This document shows positions 24,750-38,281 of a stretch of DNA of 64,000 nt, piece by piece. How positions within the stretch are numbered: the stretch's first letter is position 1; each line of letters begins with the position of its first letter. The notes under the pieces are model-generated. The model saw nothing but the letters and a program-made list of their open reading frames with translations. It did not search any database and was not told where the DNA came from. This DNA is from Oopsacas minuta. Lineage: Eukaryota; Animalia; Porifera. Position numbers and translations under genes: made by a program. The DNA lies in contig JAKMXF010000348.1 of NCBI GenBank assembly GCA_024704765.1, positions 119,162 through 183,161 on the forward strand, read 5' to 3'.

Positions 24750-26360
24750 ACTTGATTAACCAGTGAAAACCTGATTTACCGTAGGTGTGGCAATTCCCAA
24801 TATCCAGGGCACAATGTATTATGGTCAAGAACAATTTGTATTTAGAATATATACAAGCTAGCATATACAGTGGAATCATATTGTTTTGGTGGGAGTATTG
24901 AGGACGAAGCCTGTGAATTAATAGGGCGCCGGAGACCTGGTGGCTACCTCCCCAGAAATATAGTTGATCTCTATATTTCATAGTTCTGTTCACCCTTTAC
25001 TTCGCATACCTATACCAAGAAGCACAAAACAAGTTCAGTCTTCAATAAAATTGATTATCAAAAATTTAGTGTACCTCGTTCAAGGAATTCTGAAAATTTG
25101 AAGGTACTAGAGTGGATACTAAATCTACATAATTATTTTTATTGTAAAAGCATTGACAAACGATATTTCCTTTTGATGTTGTACCCCCATAGCCACAGGG
25201 CTGGTCGATTTTCATATCAGTTATCTCCATTATAAATCAGAAGGAACCTTAATGATTCTTTGATCTTGATTGGTGATGAAGAACATTGATGTGTTCCAGA
25301 GATAGGTGATAAATTAACGTAATGAACCATCGAAAAATACACATGTATAAGCATGAAGCAGTGATGCACTTCTGATATCAATATCAGCAATTGTTTTACT
25401 TGGAACTTCTTGAATTTGAGATATGGTATCAATACCCTTAAGTAGTGAAGACAGTCTTGCTCTTTGTCCCTTGGTATCAGCTACAATAAAGGTTTACGAG
25501 CTTCTTTCACTAATAAAATACTACAACATTACGTGTTGGATGCATTCGACGATTTACTGGAGTAGAATTCGAATGTTTGAGGAATAAAACCACTTCCCAT
25601 GTTGAATAATCATTTTCTTTCTAAAATAGTCTCTACTTGTCTGGAGCTGGCCAAACCTACGTAAAAGAATCTAAATCGATCCTTACAAAGGTCAAACCTA
25701 TCAATTAATGTAGAAGTAGCTTTACGCTCACTTACCTGTGAATTCAGCAAGTCCCTTGTTTCTCTATTATTCCTTAGCTCTAACATTATAATTAAAATTG
25801 AATTAAACGATGAAAGAATTGAAACCAATTGAAATTATTTTTGAACATAATGTATGCCTTATGGGGGATTGCAATGAAGTTTCTTTCGAAGTTAAGAATT
25901 AAGCCTTTCAAATGAAAGTATAAATTTTATGGCCACAACGGGCAACTTTTGTCCTCAAATAAAATTTATCAATAAAATTGTCAAAAGAAAGTGTCCTAAA
26001 GAGTAAACTCAGAAGGTTCTAACACAAGAAGTTAAATTGTTAAGAATGATATGAATATGATGTTGATTATTTGTATTGAATACAACATGTATCGTATACT
26101 GAAATTACTCATTTACAATTTAAAGAACTAAGGAGATAATTAACTTTTAAATGAGTGCTGTTGAACGAAACCCTTAATATTAAATTCCAAAGGAAAAACT
26201 ATTTACTATGAAAGACATCATTCCATCAGAAACAACTGTTCAATAGTTTTTAAAATATGTATTTCTATGTTCCAAATTATTCCGCATTTAAAATAAATAA
26301 CCGCAACTAGATTTGTAGTTATTTAATAATCAACTTAATTCCACTAAATTTCCCATTGTG
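24750..26360 (-). pseudogene. Transib/RAG1-like transposase remnant, copy C, with a candidate CACAATGGG terminus at 26360
   Basis: FYVGLASSR (decayed GLDGSG); DIRSASLLHAYTCVF(R)WFITLIYHL; KIDQPCGYGGTTSKGNI; KYRDQL; CHTYGKSGFH. Confidence 0.7.
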
Positions 26361-26556
26361 TAATGGCTGCCTTTTAGCCTTATAACATCAAATTAAACAA
26401 TGGAGAGAGCTTTTGGAGCGATCAAAAATATTTGGGTTACAGAGCTTGAGAAGAATAATGAAATTTTCCTGCATCCAGTGATGTACTTGATCAAAGTTTC
26501 ATTCTCTAATTGTTCCCGACGATTATTCAAATATTCAGTTACAAAATGGTGAACTA

Positions 26557-27896
26557 CAGGGTGTCTCAAAAGTTTTTTCCTCCTCAGTACTTCGATTGAA
26601 GTCGTTATAAATCGAACAGTATTGTTTACTAACCGACCATTTTTCAGATTATTATTAGTCTATAGTAGTCCAATACTATAATGAATACTTCAGTTCCTTA
26701 TTTGATAATCTGTTTATATCTTTTCGTAATTTTTTCTCAACCCTCACAAATTTCATACATGGATGTCATGAAACCGAGATTTGCAGTTCGTGAGCGAGCG
26801 ATTGGCATGATTGAAGCGGGTTCAACACAGAAAACAGTCGTCAATACTCTTGGGGTCACAATTCGGACAGTTCAGAACTGGTGTAAAAGGCATAGAGCTG
26901 GATATTTGCTTGATGACAAGCCCCGGTCTGGACATCCGATGAAGCTTTCCCGGATTCCGAAAATTATAATTCGAAAATCAATCGGGAAACGCTACAATTC
27001 AACCCGAAATCTTGCGAAATATATCTTGGCTAAGTCGCTGACCGTTAGTAAAGACACAATTCACCGTTATTTATGCGACACAATCGAAGCGAAAGCCTAT
27101 AAAAGACCCTCATACCCGAAATTGACTGAAAAACAAAAGGTAAAGAGGCTAGAATTCTGTCAGGAACGCAAAACATGGACTGGTCGTGATTGGGAAAGAG
27201 TTCTTTTCAGTGATGAAAGCCCTTTTGAGCTTTTCCATCCGACTAATAGGCAGAATGATCGTGTTTGGGACATTAATCTGCACAACATTACCCCAGTTGA
27301 ATCAGTGAAAAGGCCCCGAAAATGTTGGTCTGGGGAATGATGAGCCTGTCAGGGCTATCAGAACTACACTTCATCCCCAAAACGCTCAGTGAATACTGAC
27401 TACTATATCAATGTAATCCTGGAGAAGTGTTGTCTCCCTACCTTTAAGCGTAGAAAGACTAGCGCCCCACTTACCCAAAGGAAAATGTGTCGAAAGATGT
27501 CCGAGACAATTTTCATGCAGGATGGCGCCCCTGCCCATACAGCCATAAGGACATAGAAATGGCTTTAAAACCATCTACCTAGCTTTGGGAGAAAAGTGTT
27601 TGGCCTAGTAACTCCCCAGATTTAAATCTCATCGAAAATCTTTGGTCTATTATGCAAGCAGAGCTAGACAAGAGAAAGCCCGCTACAAATTTAACACAGC
27701 TCGGAAAATATTTGGAAAATATATGGAATGGGATTAGCTCGTCGTTACTTGAGAATTTAGTTGATGGGATGCCAAGTCGAATTAATTCATGTATAAACTT
27801 AATGGTGAATATAGAGGCAAATAATTAGATGAATCTATCTAAGAAATTCTATATTATAGTGGTATTCATAAGAGGAAAGACTTTTGAGACACACTA
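26557..27896 (+). mobile_element. DD37E Tc1/mariner element, 1340 bp, decayed transposase from ATG 26759
   Basis: TIR CAGGGTGTCTCAAAAGT(T/C)TTTCCTC (right copy has substitutions); TA TSD. Motifs FSDESPF, MQDGAPAH and SPDLNLIE, 37-residue spacing after allowing one frameshift. Confidence 0.9.
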
Positions 27897-28299
27897 TAAG
27901 TAGTGATCCTACCACCAAAATGTCCTAGAATCCTTTCTAACTTTACTACTGTAACCAAAATTCATGACTGTTAAAAATTACGAGGAAATAGTACACGAGA
28001 TAAAGGATAATTATTCATGAGCCAAGGGTATAACTGGGCACAAAAATATATCCACATTTCCATCAATTCTAAGTACTGTTCTTTCTAATCGAATAATAAT
28101 AGCGAACGTAGCGATCGATTCAAATGTTTAGAGTTCAACCTCTAGAGAAAATCCTTAAAGGAAATCTGTGTCCAATCTGCAAGGAATTCCAAAAACAGAC
28201 ATAAGATTTGAAATTTCAATACTTGGGTGTGACGATATACTTGGTGAGATAGTGATCCTATTCAAAATTGACAAAATAGATAGCAGAAGGTCTTCGATA

Positions 28300-29450
28300 C
28301 AATTATCCAAGAACGAAAATCAGCGAAGTTTTAATAAATCTCTATCGATTCGACGCTTGAGATCAACACTACATCCTGTCGACTGGGCCTAAGGAAAATA
28401 ATCTGTTTATCAATTAGAGCTCACAATGGACATGCAATAGCGCTAATGATACAAACATATTTGAATTATATGGAATCGATATAAATAATTGTCGTGGACA
28501 ATTCTATGAGCTTCAAATTATAGTGGGGATTATATTGATTACCAAACCATCATCAAACAGGAGTGACCATATGTGACATTTATATCATGTATAGCTCATT
28601 CCCTCAATCTTGTTGGGTTCTGCTGAATGTAGCAGTGGTTTAACATTATTTGGAATTATACCAAAGTTATGCACTTTTCTATCCGCGTAACGATTAGACT
28701 CCTTGAAAACTCAAGCCCAACGGTCTGTATTTTCCAAGCGTCTTCTGATATTCAGTGATCCACAAGCTATGAAACAGTGGAAGCCCTACATAAAAGATAT
28801 AGTGCCTATGTGAGTTAGTTATCTCTTCGTTGTATGATATGAAACAGAAATTTGACTCTCGAAAGAATGCACCTACGATACTTGGCGAATTAAATTTGTA
28901 ATTCCTCCTGTTTTGGAAAACGGTTTAGGAGCGCTTCATCGAACTGATCTCTCCATTCAGTCAAATACTAAAATCTAAATGTCACGCCCCCTGTTGATAT
29001 ATTGAAATGAGGGAACCGTATTCGAAAATATTCATCAGCGGGGTATTATCCTGAGTCGACATGGCCTGTACAACTCAGTCTTTTAGCGAGTTCGAGTAGG
29101 TCGTTATGTCGATATAGATGACCAAAATGAAGATCTGAATATGTTCAGAGATGGCCTACTAAAGATGCCGCCAGATGAGACACGCTTTAGGGGCAAAATA
29201 TGTTGTCATTTTAGGACATAATAACGCAACTACCATAAGCCAATTAGACTCTATAGTGGTTTGGGTACTAAATACATGTTCGGAGGCTTAGAGATATTCT
29301 TGTTGTCAAGTGAATTGTTGGTATAGCTTCTACTGCCAAATAGAAATGTTCGGGTGAATATACTTTTGTCACTTTTGATGTGTATTTATGAATATTAGGT
29401 GACAAATGAAGTGGACAATATAGCATCAATTAAAAGATATAGTATCTATA
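28300..29450 (+). pseudogene. Degenerate ZMYM1-type hAT transposase fragment
   Basis: CRGQFYE (compare RGQSYD); CIAHSLNLVG..ECSSGLTLFGIIPKLCTFLSA; a KRLSD-like region. Ends not resolved. Confidence 0.6.
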
Positions 29451-30184
29451 GAGTATATATGCGGTAATAAGTGTACTAGGGGAAATTCTATACTTTATAG
29501 TGGCTCTAATATAGTGCTACTTTAGTTAAATTCAAATAAATTATAAGGCTGTATGCACAGATTGTGATTTTAGCCTCTATAGAATATTGTAAGTATATAG
29601 GTGCCAAAATTGCGAGGGCTAGGGAGTTTTGACACTCCCTGGTATTTCAGGGGTCCTCACCCCATCTGATTTGGAAGGTTATACCCCTCTTATTCAGAGA
29701 GGATGTACCTCGCTATATCCTTACTAGTCAGGTAGAGTATTCATAATCTAGTTTTGGAGCGCAGATACCTCTGTAATCACTAAGGTTATATCTCTAGGTG
29801 TGTGAGATGATATAGTCCTAGTATTCAAGTAAGGAATACAAATCCTAGATGTGCAAGATAATTTGATATTCTTGTATATTATAATGGCAAAGATAATTTA
29901 TCAAATCATGCATTATTGTAGAAAATATACCTGGAAAGCATATGTGAAATATCTGAAGTTCACAAAAGTTCACAGCCAATATATAATCCATGGAATATAT
30001 TCACAATTTATGGTATGTATATACTTAAAAATGTAAATATTTGCACTTATTTATAAATTACAACGTAAAATTCAAAAGTTCTAAACAAAGCAATGCCTTC
30101 GTAATAATCGCTAAATGCTCAAACTTACGATTTTTAGTCATTATTGTTAACGGGGCACAGACTTTTCGTGACAAGATGGGCATA

Positions 30185-31514
30185 CTAGGGCGTTCAATAA
30201 GTCTTGCGGGTGATATCATGGAATATGATACAAACACTATACACACTAATTCACTATATTATTTATTCAAAGTAATCCCCTCCTCCAGATACACAAAATT
30301 TTAACCTTTCCAGCCACTTGTAAAACACATTTCTGTACTTTTCTTTGGGGATGGATTTGAAGTACTGCTACAGGCCCGTTCCGAGTGCTTGTAATGTGTT
30401 AAAATCTTTGCCTTGAAGGTAGATTTTAAGCTTGGGAGATAGCCAAAAATCACACACAGCTAGGTTTGTGAGTATGGTGGATGGGGAAGTAATTCTAACC
30501 CTTCTACATCCAAGTAATTTTGGTAAGCTTACCTGTATGGGAACTGGCGTTATCAATTAAAATCTTCATTCCTCGAGTTCCGGTTTTCGGGGGGGGTAGT
30601 TTCTATATTATTTATCAAATTTGGAAGCACTTGCTCTGTAAAGAAAGTAGCAGTAACAGCCTTGCCATTCTCACAAGGTAATTATAAGAGAATTCCATGA
30701 CTACTCAAGAAGATGGCATACATAATCTTAGGTTTTCTGAAGTCGGGCATAGGAATTTTCGCCGGTTGTTCGTCGCCCCTCACCCATGATCGCTTTTATA
30801 CTTGCTATATGGTGTTGAATAGTACACCCACGTCTCGTCACCAGTAATAATCTCTGTTAGGCGTCTAGAATCGCAGTTTTCATAAGTTTCCAAGAGTTTC
30901 TTGGTAGCATTCAGTCCTGCCAACCTTTGATTCTCACTGAGCTTATGCGTGACCCATTTCCACAAATCGATGGGTAGCCAAGCTCAGTCGTCAGAAATGT
31001 ATGAATAGCTCCCGATAAAATCTCCATACTTTCTCTAACTGATTGACAGTAATGTACTTGTCTTCCATTACCATACTTTCAATGAGTGCGATATTCTCTG
31101 AATTGGTGGCGGATACCGGTCTTCCAGATCGAGGCAAATCTGTGACGCCAGCATCACCAGATCTAAAACGGGTAGCCCATCACTCTACAGTAGATCTGGA
31201 AGGGCAATCCACTCACAATATCTCCTGTAACTCGCTGAAGATCTGTACGGGCTGGATTTTGAGTATTGTGCGAAACTCTATGTAAGTTCGCCATTTGAGG
31301 TTGAAGTTATCATCCTTTGAAGCCATAAATTCAACAGTGGGTATAAATTGACTACACGTACCTATCTCAAAAATTCATAATTTGTCTTGAATAAGCTTGA
31401 AACTTTCAGTATATGGAGTTTACTATATGGGCTTATAATATATGAAAGTTAGATATATTACTTGACTAATTCCTAAGATATATCATGACCCGCAAGACTT
31501 ATTGAACGCCCTGA
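30185..31514 (-). mobile_element. Mariner (DD34D-type) element, 1330 bp; transposase pseudogene 31326 to 30263
   Basis: TIR AGGGCGTTCAATAAGTCTTGCGGGT; TA TSD. Motifs WVTHKL, ITGDETW, LIDNASSH and HPPYS..LAVCDFWL. Confidence 0.9.
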
Positions 31515-32109
31515 TATTGGCACACATGGATATAGGTGATATTTTACATTCAAAAATAGGTGTGGTTACAGAATCAAGCTCAGAATTTTCTATAAGTAGG
31601 GAGTTCGAAATAGGGAGTGTAAATTTTTCTCAGATTCCCTATATATAGCTCAACCATAGTATAGTACAGTTTTTGTATTACAAAAACCCCATACCCTCAT
31701 TCCAAAAAGGTGACTTTCATTAGGCCTAAAAAATGATCCTTCCTCAAATATAGAAAAGCTAACACACAAAAACTGTACTATAGTATAGTTGACTATATAT
31801 TTGTTATTTGAAATTTTATATCGCTAAATCTATTCATTTTTCGTTCAGGGAATAGCATTCTTCTATTCTATGAGTTATACAAAATTCCCGTTTACTGATA
31901 ATAATTAGCAAGAGATCGAGGGCGTAATCTATAATCCAACACAAGCAACATTCACAAACTATGGTTCGAGTGACACATGATTTACTTCCAGGCCCATTGT
32001 CAGTGTTTTCAGATTATCCAGAAAATAACCACTCGTAAATTCATCAGATACATTTTCGCCAGGACATTCCTCCACACATAATGCTTTAGTTTCATTCGAA
32101 TCTCTATAT

Positions 32110-34289
32110 CAGGGTTTCTTAACCTGGGGTCCGTAGGTGTCCCTCAGTGGGCCCATAACGTGCAAATTAGTTATTATAGATAGTTTATCTAGTTCATTAT
32201 GGCGAAGAAAAGGAAGTTCCATCTGTACACAGACTACCCAACTTTTTCCTCCAATCAAAGTTTTGCATAGCATAGAAGCTTTGGACTTTTCAACAATATC
32301 GGTGGCCTTTGTAGTTTGCAAAATGGTTCACAAATAGACACTCTTCATTGATGGCTTCGGCTTGCGCATAGCGGACGAAAACAAGTAGCTGGCTACACTG
32401 AGTGATGTCTGTAGTTTCATCAAGTTGCATACTAAAATTGAATGGTGTGTCTGCTAGTTCCTTAATGATTTGCTTCAAAATATTAGAGGAAACATCAACT
32501 ATTCGGAAATGTATGACATCATTTGACAAAGACACTGCTTCTATTATCCTCCTTTGCTCCAATCAACAAACAAGTTCGACCATGTCCAGAGCACATGGCT
32601 TTATTGAAGTATCACTAATCATATGAGGTTTCTTTTGCTTGGCGATGCGATAAGTAACCTTATAAGAGCTTCGAGGAAGGTTTCTGTATTGGGCATAATC
32701 CAAGTTTTGGCAAAGTCCCAGTCTTCTCAAATCTTGCTTTCTTTGTATGAAAACTATCCACAGTGTAAGTTGCATAATCAGGATGAACAGCTGTTAGGTG
32801 CTCCTTAAGTTTAGCAAGCTTTAAACTTCCATTTGCAAGAACGATGCCACACAAAACCACTGGGGCTTCTGTGTCCCATCAAGTTCAGTAATGTAAGTAA
32901 AACCAAACGATACATGGAATTCATCGTACACCTGCGATGCTTGCCAATAAATCTGGTTTTGCTGCTTTGGTGAAGAAAGAAGCTCCTAATGTATCTGTGA
33001 CTCACTGTTTCTTACATCCACATGCACTGGCATCAAAAACTCTTCCAATATTTCTCAAAGAGGTTTTGTCTACCGTAGTGAAAGTCATCAACTTCATCAG
33101 GGCCAGCGCCCTAAATCATCGTATTTTCAAGAAGCTTTGTCAAGCAATGGGATCAGAATATTAAGCCGTTCTCTATCACACAGAAGTTCGCTGGCATCCC
33201 AGAGGACAAATCTTGAAGCGTTTGATGGCACTTAGGACAGAAGTTATGTTCTTTCTGAAAGAAAAAGAGAGCCCACTCTTAGAACATTTTGACAGCGTGG
33301 AGTTCATTCATGGCTTGGCTTATCTAGCAGACATATTTGGCCATATGAATGAGGTAAATCTTTGAATCCATAGACCCTAAGTCTACATTATGGATGCTGC
33401 TGAAAAGCTACAAGCTTTACTGGGCAAGTTGGGCTTATGGAAAAGGAGACTCGAGGTAGGCAACTATGCGAACTTTTCAATGCTGGAGGAAGTGCTTCTG
33501 CATGATGGAGTCGAGAGAAACAAACCCTTCTCAGCTTCTCTTCAGAATGAAATGTGCAAACACCTGGATACACTACAGAACTCATTTACAGGTTATTTTT
33601 CTTCAGGTGACCTAAATGGATTCGTAATCCCTTTTCTACTGATGTTAACTCCATTGATGATTCAGACCTTGCCAAAGATGATATTATTGACTTAAGAACA
33701 AAGGAAATGTTACATTGTGAGTCCAATTCGAAGAGTCTGGGAGAGTTTGGGGGGTTCATTGAAACAAGCCTACCCTCGTCTCGCTAAACGGGCTATGAAA
33801 GCTTTGATACTGTTCGCAACCACTTACCTCTGTGAGTCAGGATTTCAGGACTTGTTAACATAAAAACAAAAATTACAAATCGATTAGATGTCTAACATGA
33901 CATGCGTATTGCTTTAGCAAATATCATCCAAGAATTTCATCTCCTTATTGAAGCAAAACAACAACAGTCTTCACACTGAAAAGGTCTGTCACTTCGAGCA
34001 GAAAAGAAGTTTCATGTACTTTGCAAACTTTGCATTCTTTTATATAAGAAATATTTTTCTTGCTATTATCATATTATACTACTTCTGAATCATACACATT
34101 TTACTAATATACTAAATAACTAGTAATTCAAAACACCATAGTTATTCTTCAGATTTATTATGCGAGTGAAAAATAAAATTGTGGTAACTTAACGCATTAT
34201 TTAGTTTTGTACAGTTTCTGGACAGGGGTCCATCGCTTTCGCCAGATCTTCATAGGGGTCTGTCACTTCAAAAAGGTTAAGAACCCCTG
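32110..34289 (+). mobile_element. hAT (Buster/ZBED8-SCAND3-like) element, 2180 bp, with a 714-bp internal inversion
   Basis: TIR CAGGG(T/G)TTCTTAACCT; TSD CTCTATAT/CTCTAGAT. ATG at 32199. The N-terminal half reads on - (FSMQLDETTD) and the C-terminal half on + (HCFLH, EVRW, TTYLCESGF). Confidence 0.92.
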
Positions 34290-34853
34290 CTCTAGATGAT
34301 GAAAGGTATGATGAGTTGGATAGGTACTCAGGTAATCCTACACCTACTCCTAATGAACTAGCTCTGTGAAACATCTAAGGGTGGATTTATGTTATTAGAG
34401 GTGGTTTTCTCATACGAAACACCATGTTACAGTGTGTTCATAGAAATTTCTGTGAAGCAAGGTTGCAGACTAAGGGGAATGAAGTAATAGCCAGAAAGAA
34501 TATTCATCCTCACGAGAGTAAAGAAAGAGAAAAAGCAATACATAATTTAGTGCAGAACTACTTGCTGCGCCCAAAGTTTAAATTCTTATGAGGATTTTTC
34601 TACCATTTTACTTTTCAAGATTGAGAGTTCCTTAAATTAGGGATATTTTGTACTCTTCTTCTGTAACCACAACAATTATTGAATATATAATTATTACCTA
34701 TATCCATGTGTGTAAGTATATCCATCTTGTCACGAAAAGTCCATCTTGTCTCGAATGTCCTGTCACAAAAAGTCTGTATCCCAAGATTTACTCCAATGAT
34801 AATTACTCCCATATTTAGTAACATGTAAGATCATTAGCATCTTGCGTCTCTGG

Positions 34854-37403
34854 CAGGGCCGTAGTTAGGGGGGGCTAGGGGACTGAGCCCCCCTGGAAAG
34901 ATCTGGGACCCTCCTAGCAAATTTAACCACCCCATAAATTTTTGCTAAGCTATATTGATCTTTACTATCTTAGATCTTAAATATTAGTTAAATCAAGGAA
35001 ATCTTTGTGAGTATGTCAAATTGACTATACATTGTAGTTATCTAATTCCTCTTGCTAGTGAATATAGTTAATTATATGGATGCTTTTACAGTAACCATTG
35101 AAATTTTAGTTTTGTTTTTATATGACCACAACATATATTCCTCCCAGTTTGATTACATTTATATGCGAATAGTGAAATCATTCTTCATGGCTATTATCGC
35201 CATTCTAGGAAGAAGGATAGAAGACTCCGATTATTTTGGATATTATTTAATTTTATAAGATTAAAATAGATTTGCAGTTCATTGGAATGTCACAATGTAC
35301 GCGATTACTAAGCGAAACTATAGAATGCCAGAGTTGTTTGAATATTTATGAACTAAGTAATTTTACCTTCCCCCAAAGCAGTGGTGGCGCCAAGGGTTCG
35401 TGGGAGGTGCTATGGTACCTCTTGAAAATCTGTCAGACCCATAAGGCGGGTGCTAACAAAATTTCAAGGGATATCTTTGCATTTTATTCTATTTATGTGG
35501 AATAGCATATCTAATAAACTGGAATACATAAGGGTCTAAAGTATGAATTATTGATAAATTTTATTAATTATAACTAGCAAGTATTCCATCAACATTGGTT
35601 ATTTTAATTGAATTCTTCGACATGTTTGCGAAAACTTTTCCGTGAAAACATCGTAATCCACATTTCGATCTGTGAGCGCCATTAACCCCAGCCCTGAGAG
35701 CCTTTGCTCTAACATTGAATTTCTTAACCACGTTTTTACTCGACGGAGGCAGCATAAACTCATTTCACACGAAGCTGTAGTGATGGAAAGTACCAATGAT
35801 ATCAGACTAAGTTCGTATAAGATATAAAGTGGTTCGGAATTAACTGATAGAACCTGATGGAGCTCCCAGAGACTTTCCGGTACCTTTTTGCGATTGCCAA
35901 GCATCTTCTGCATCCCGTCTGTCTCCCAAAAGCCAATAGATTCTTCTCTTGGTGAACCATCCTTTAAGTAGCGAAGACATACGCTTAGCTGTTCAATTTT
36001 CGCTACATCCGGGACTCATCTACAAGAATGAAAAACCATTTGGACAATTGGACATCTTTCAAAATATCTTTCCTTATTAACTACGCGAACGTTTCGATAA
36101 TTTTGTTTTGGATGTCATGGTGTGTATATCGAGCATACTTGGACCCTTCTAACTTGGTACGAACAATACTGTCCTTCTTGGAAATGAGCGTCAGAATCTC
36201 GAGGAAGTTACCACGATTCTTTCTCTGACTGACTCACAAGGTCCACGGAGGGCTAGGCCCTGTCGAGCACATAGCTCCACTACCTCAGCAACAGTTCGCA
36301 CATGTGCCTATTCTCCTCGAGCTGTTTAAGCGAAATGGCCTGTAACTGAGCTGTCACGCTACCTGTCATTGACTCCTGTTCAACTTTGGCCATCACTGAC
36401 GTTTTATGAGATAACCTATCAGCATGTTTCTGAAGCTTCTGGACATCGTGATTTCAATCGTGAAAGCCGATAGAAGTGAAGTTATCATGAGTGTCATCTT
36501 GAGGGAAGTGTGAGCACGCAAAACAAAATATGGAATCTCTCTCTTGGCTCTACTCAATCCATGAGAACTTTAGATACCAGTCACTTTGAAATCGTTTTCC
36601 ATTGCGAGTTGGAAAAACCGAAAGCTTTCGCTTGTACTGATTGCCAGATGGTGTTTTTGAAACATCGAAAGGTCTTACAGTTACAGAGTCAGAAATGGAT
36701 AATTTAGGCTGAAACAATAACATAGGAGACTCAACCTGCTCTTCGAAATTGCTAGTTTGACCCATTTCATCCCATGTTGTGTCGTCTGAGTAAGACTGGA
36801 ATGTCATACAGGGCTTCGTTCACCGACTTCAAGTGAACTTCTTATCTCAGCAGGAGGAAATACTTCACCACGCGAAAGTAGTCTTTTGGACATATTGAAA
36901 TTTGGAACAAGTAGACAAAATATGTACTCACAACGTTTATATGAATACAATCTTGAATCCTCACACTAGACGTAATAATTATTTGATCACAGGTATTACG
37001 AGGCTTCCAAGTTAATTAATGACTGAAATTTTCACGCAACAGCCCAATACTAAGATAAAAGTGTTAATAAACAATATAATTATAATTTTGCACTTTTGAT
37101 TAGCTTTTAAGGTTTTCCTATTGTTATTAATTTATGTCAATGATTTATAACGCTAGATTTGAGTAACACTTAAAATCATTGATACATTCTATGTTAACCG
37201 AATTATGATTTCACCCCCTTAAAATTATCAGAACCCCCCATTGTACCCCCTCTTGCGATGCTCTAGCGCCGCCACTGTCCCAAAGTAGCTTGGGGGGTTT
37301 GTTATGGGCGTACCCAAAAAAATAGATATAAAAATCTTAAGTATCCAAGACCTCCTTAAAATTTACTTACCCCTCCTAACACTACGCTCTGGCTACGGCC
37401 CTG
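34854..37403. mobile_element. Non-autonomous hAT element (~650 bp on its own) hosting another hAT
   Basis: TIR CAGGGCCGTAG; degenerate TSD GTCTCTGG/ATCTCTTG. Confidence 0.7.
35379..37277 (-). mobile_element. Internally deleted ZMYM1-type hAT element, 1899 bp
   Basis: TIR CAGTGG(T/C)GGCGC; TSD CCCCAAAG/TCCCAAAG. TTF-type zinc finger (KRFQSDWYLKFSWIE) and hAT dimerisation region (TTASCEMSLCCLRRVKTWLRNSMLEQRL). Confidence 0.85.
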
Positions 37404-38281
37404 ATCTCTTGTCCAAAATCCATAAATAGCTGTGCGGCCTTATGTATACTAGACAATGCATGCACCAATGTCATATTCAATAAGACATTATTTTTCGAAT
37501 GTATGTTGTAATACTAAATACATTCCCCAAAAATTTAAACACAAGTTTTGATCTGCTGAATTGCAGGCTAACTGAACGTAACTTTTGTATATCTGAAGCA
37601 TGAAAGCGACATTTCAATTCTCCCGATGAAGATTGTAGTTACTAATATCGGCAAACTTTCCTAAGACGAGAAAGATTTAGTTTGCGTAATAATCAAAACA
37701 ACTAATAGTTGACAATGGAATTTGATTCTTTAATGATTTTGCGCATCGAGCGGTTCCAACATTTTTATATTTTGATTGTATTACTTTAGGAATATACCAC
37801 ACTAACTTTCTAACTGGTCAAAGATGGACATTTGTTTTCTTCCAGATTAAACAGTCGAACTATTGACAACCTTAGTAAATCCGAGTCGAATAATAGTGAC
37901 GACATCATTAAAAACGAGTTGAACTAATAACAGCCTTCAGAATTCGGGCTAATTATGCCAAATACTGATAGACAAGATTATTTTTGATAGCTAATATACC
38001 CCTATACACAAAGGCTGCATATTATTTGCTATATTAATTAGGAAAAGTACTGATCCTTTTTACTTGTTTACACGCTTAAAATAGAGAAAATTCTCGATAA
38101 GACAAAACCCAATTCAAAAGATCAAAATTTCGAATACACAATTTATTCACTAACTGAACATAATCGCCGATTTGATAAATACCTGGCCTCAAAATTTCCC
38201 CATTTCAACTATATTGTACTTTTATTTACTTGATAATCATTCTTCCTTGCCAATTTTCTCAGATTTCATCCACCGATACTG

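Noticed and set aside
26681-26758. Signal-peptide-like N-terminal extensions on transposase ORFs (also 60962-61087)
   Set aside because: Artefacts of upstream starts running through AT-rich or TIR sequence; homology begins at ATG 26759 and ATG 60961.
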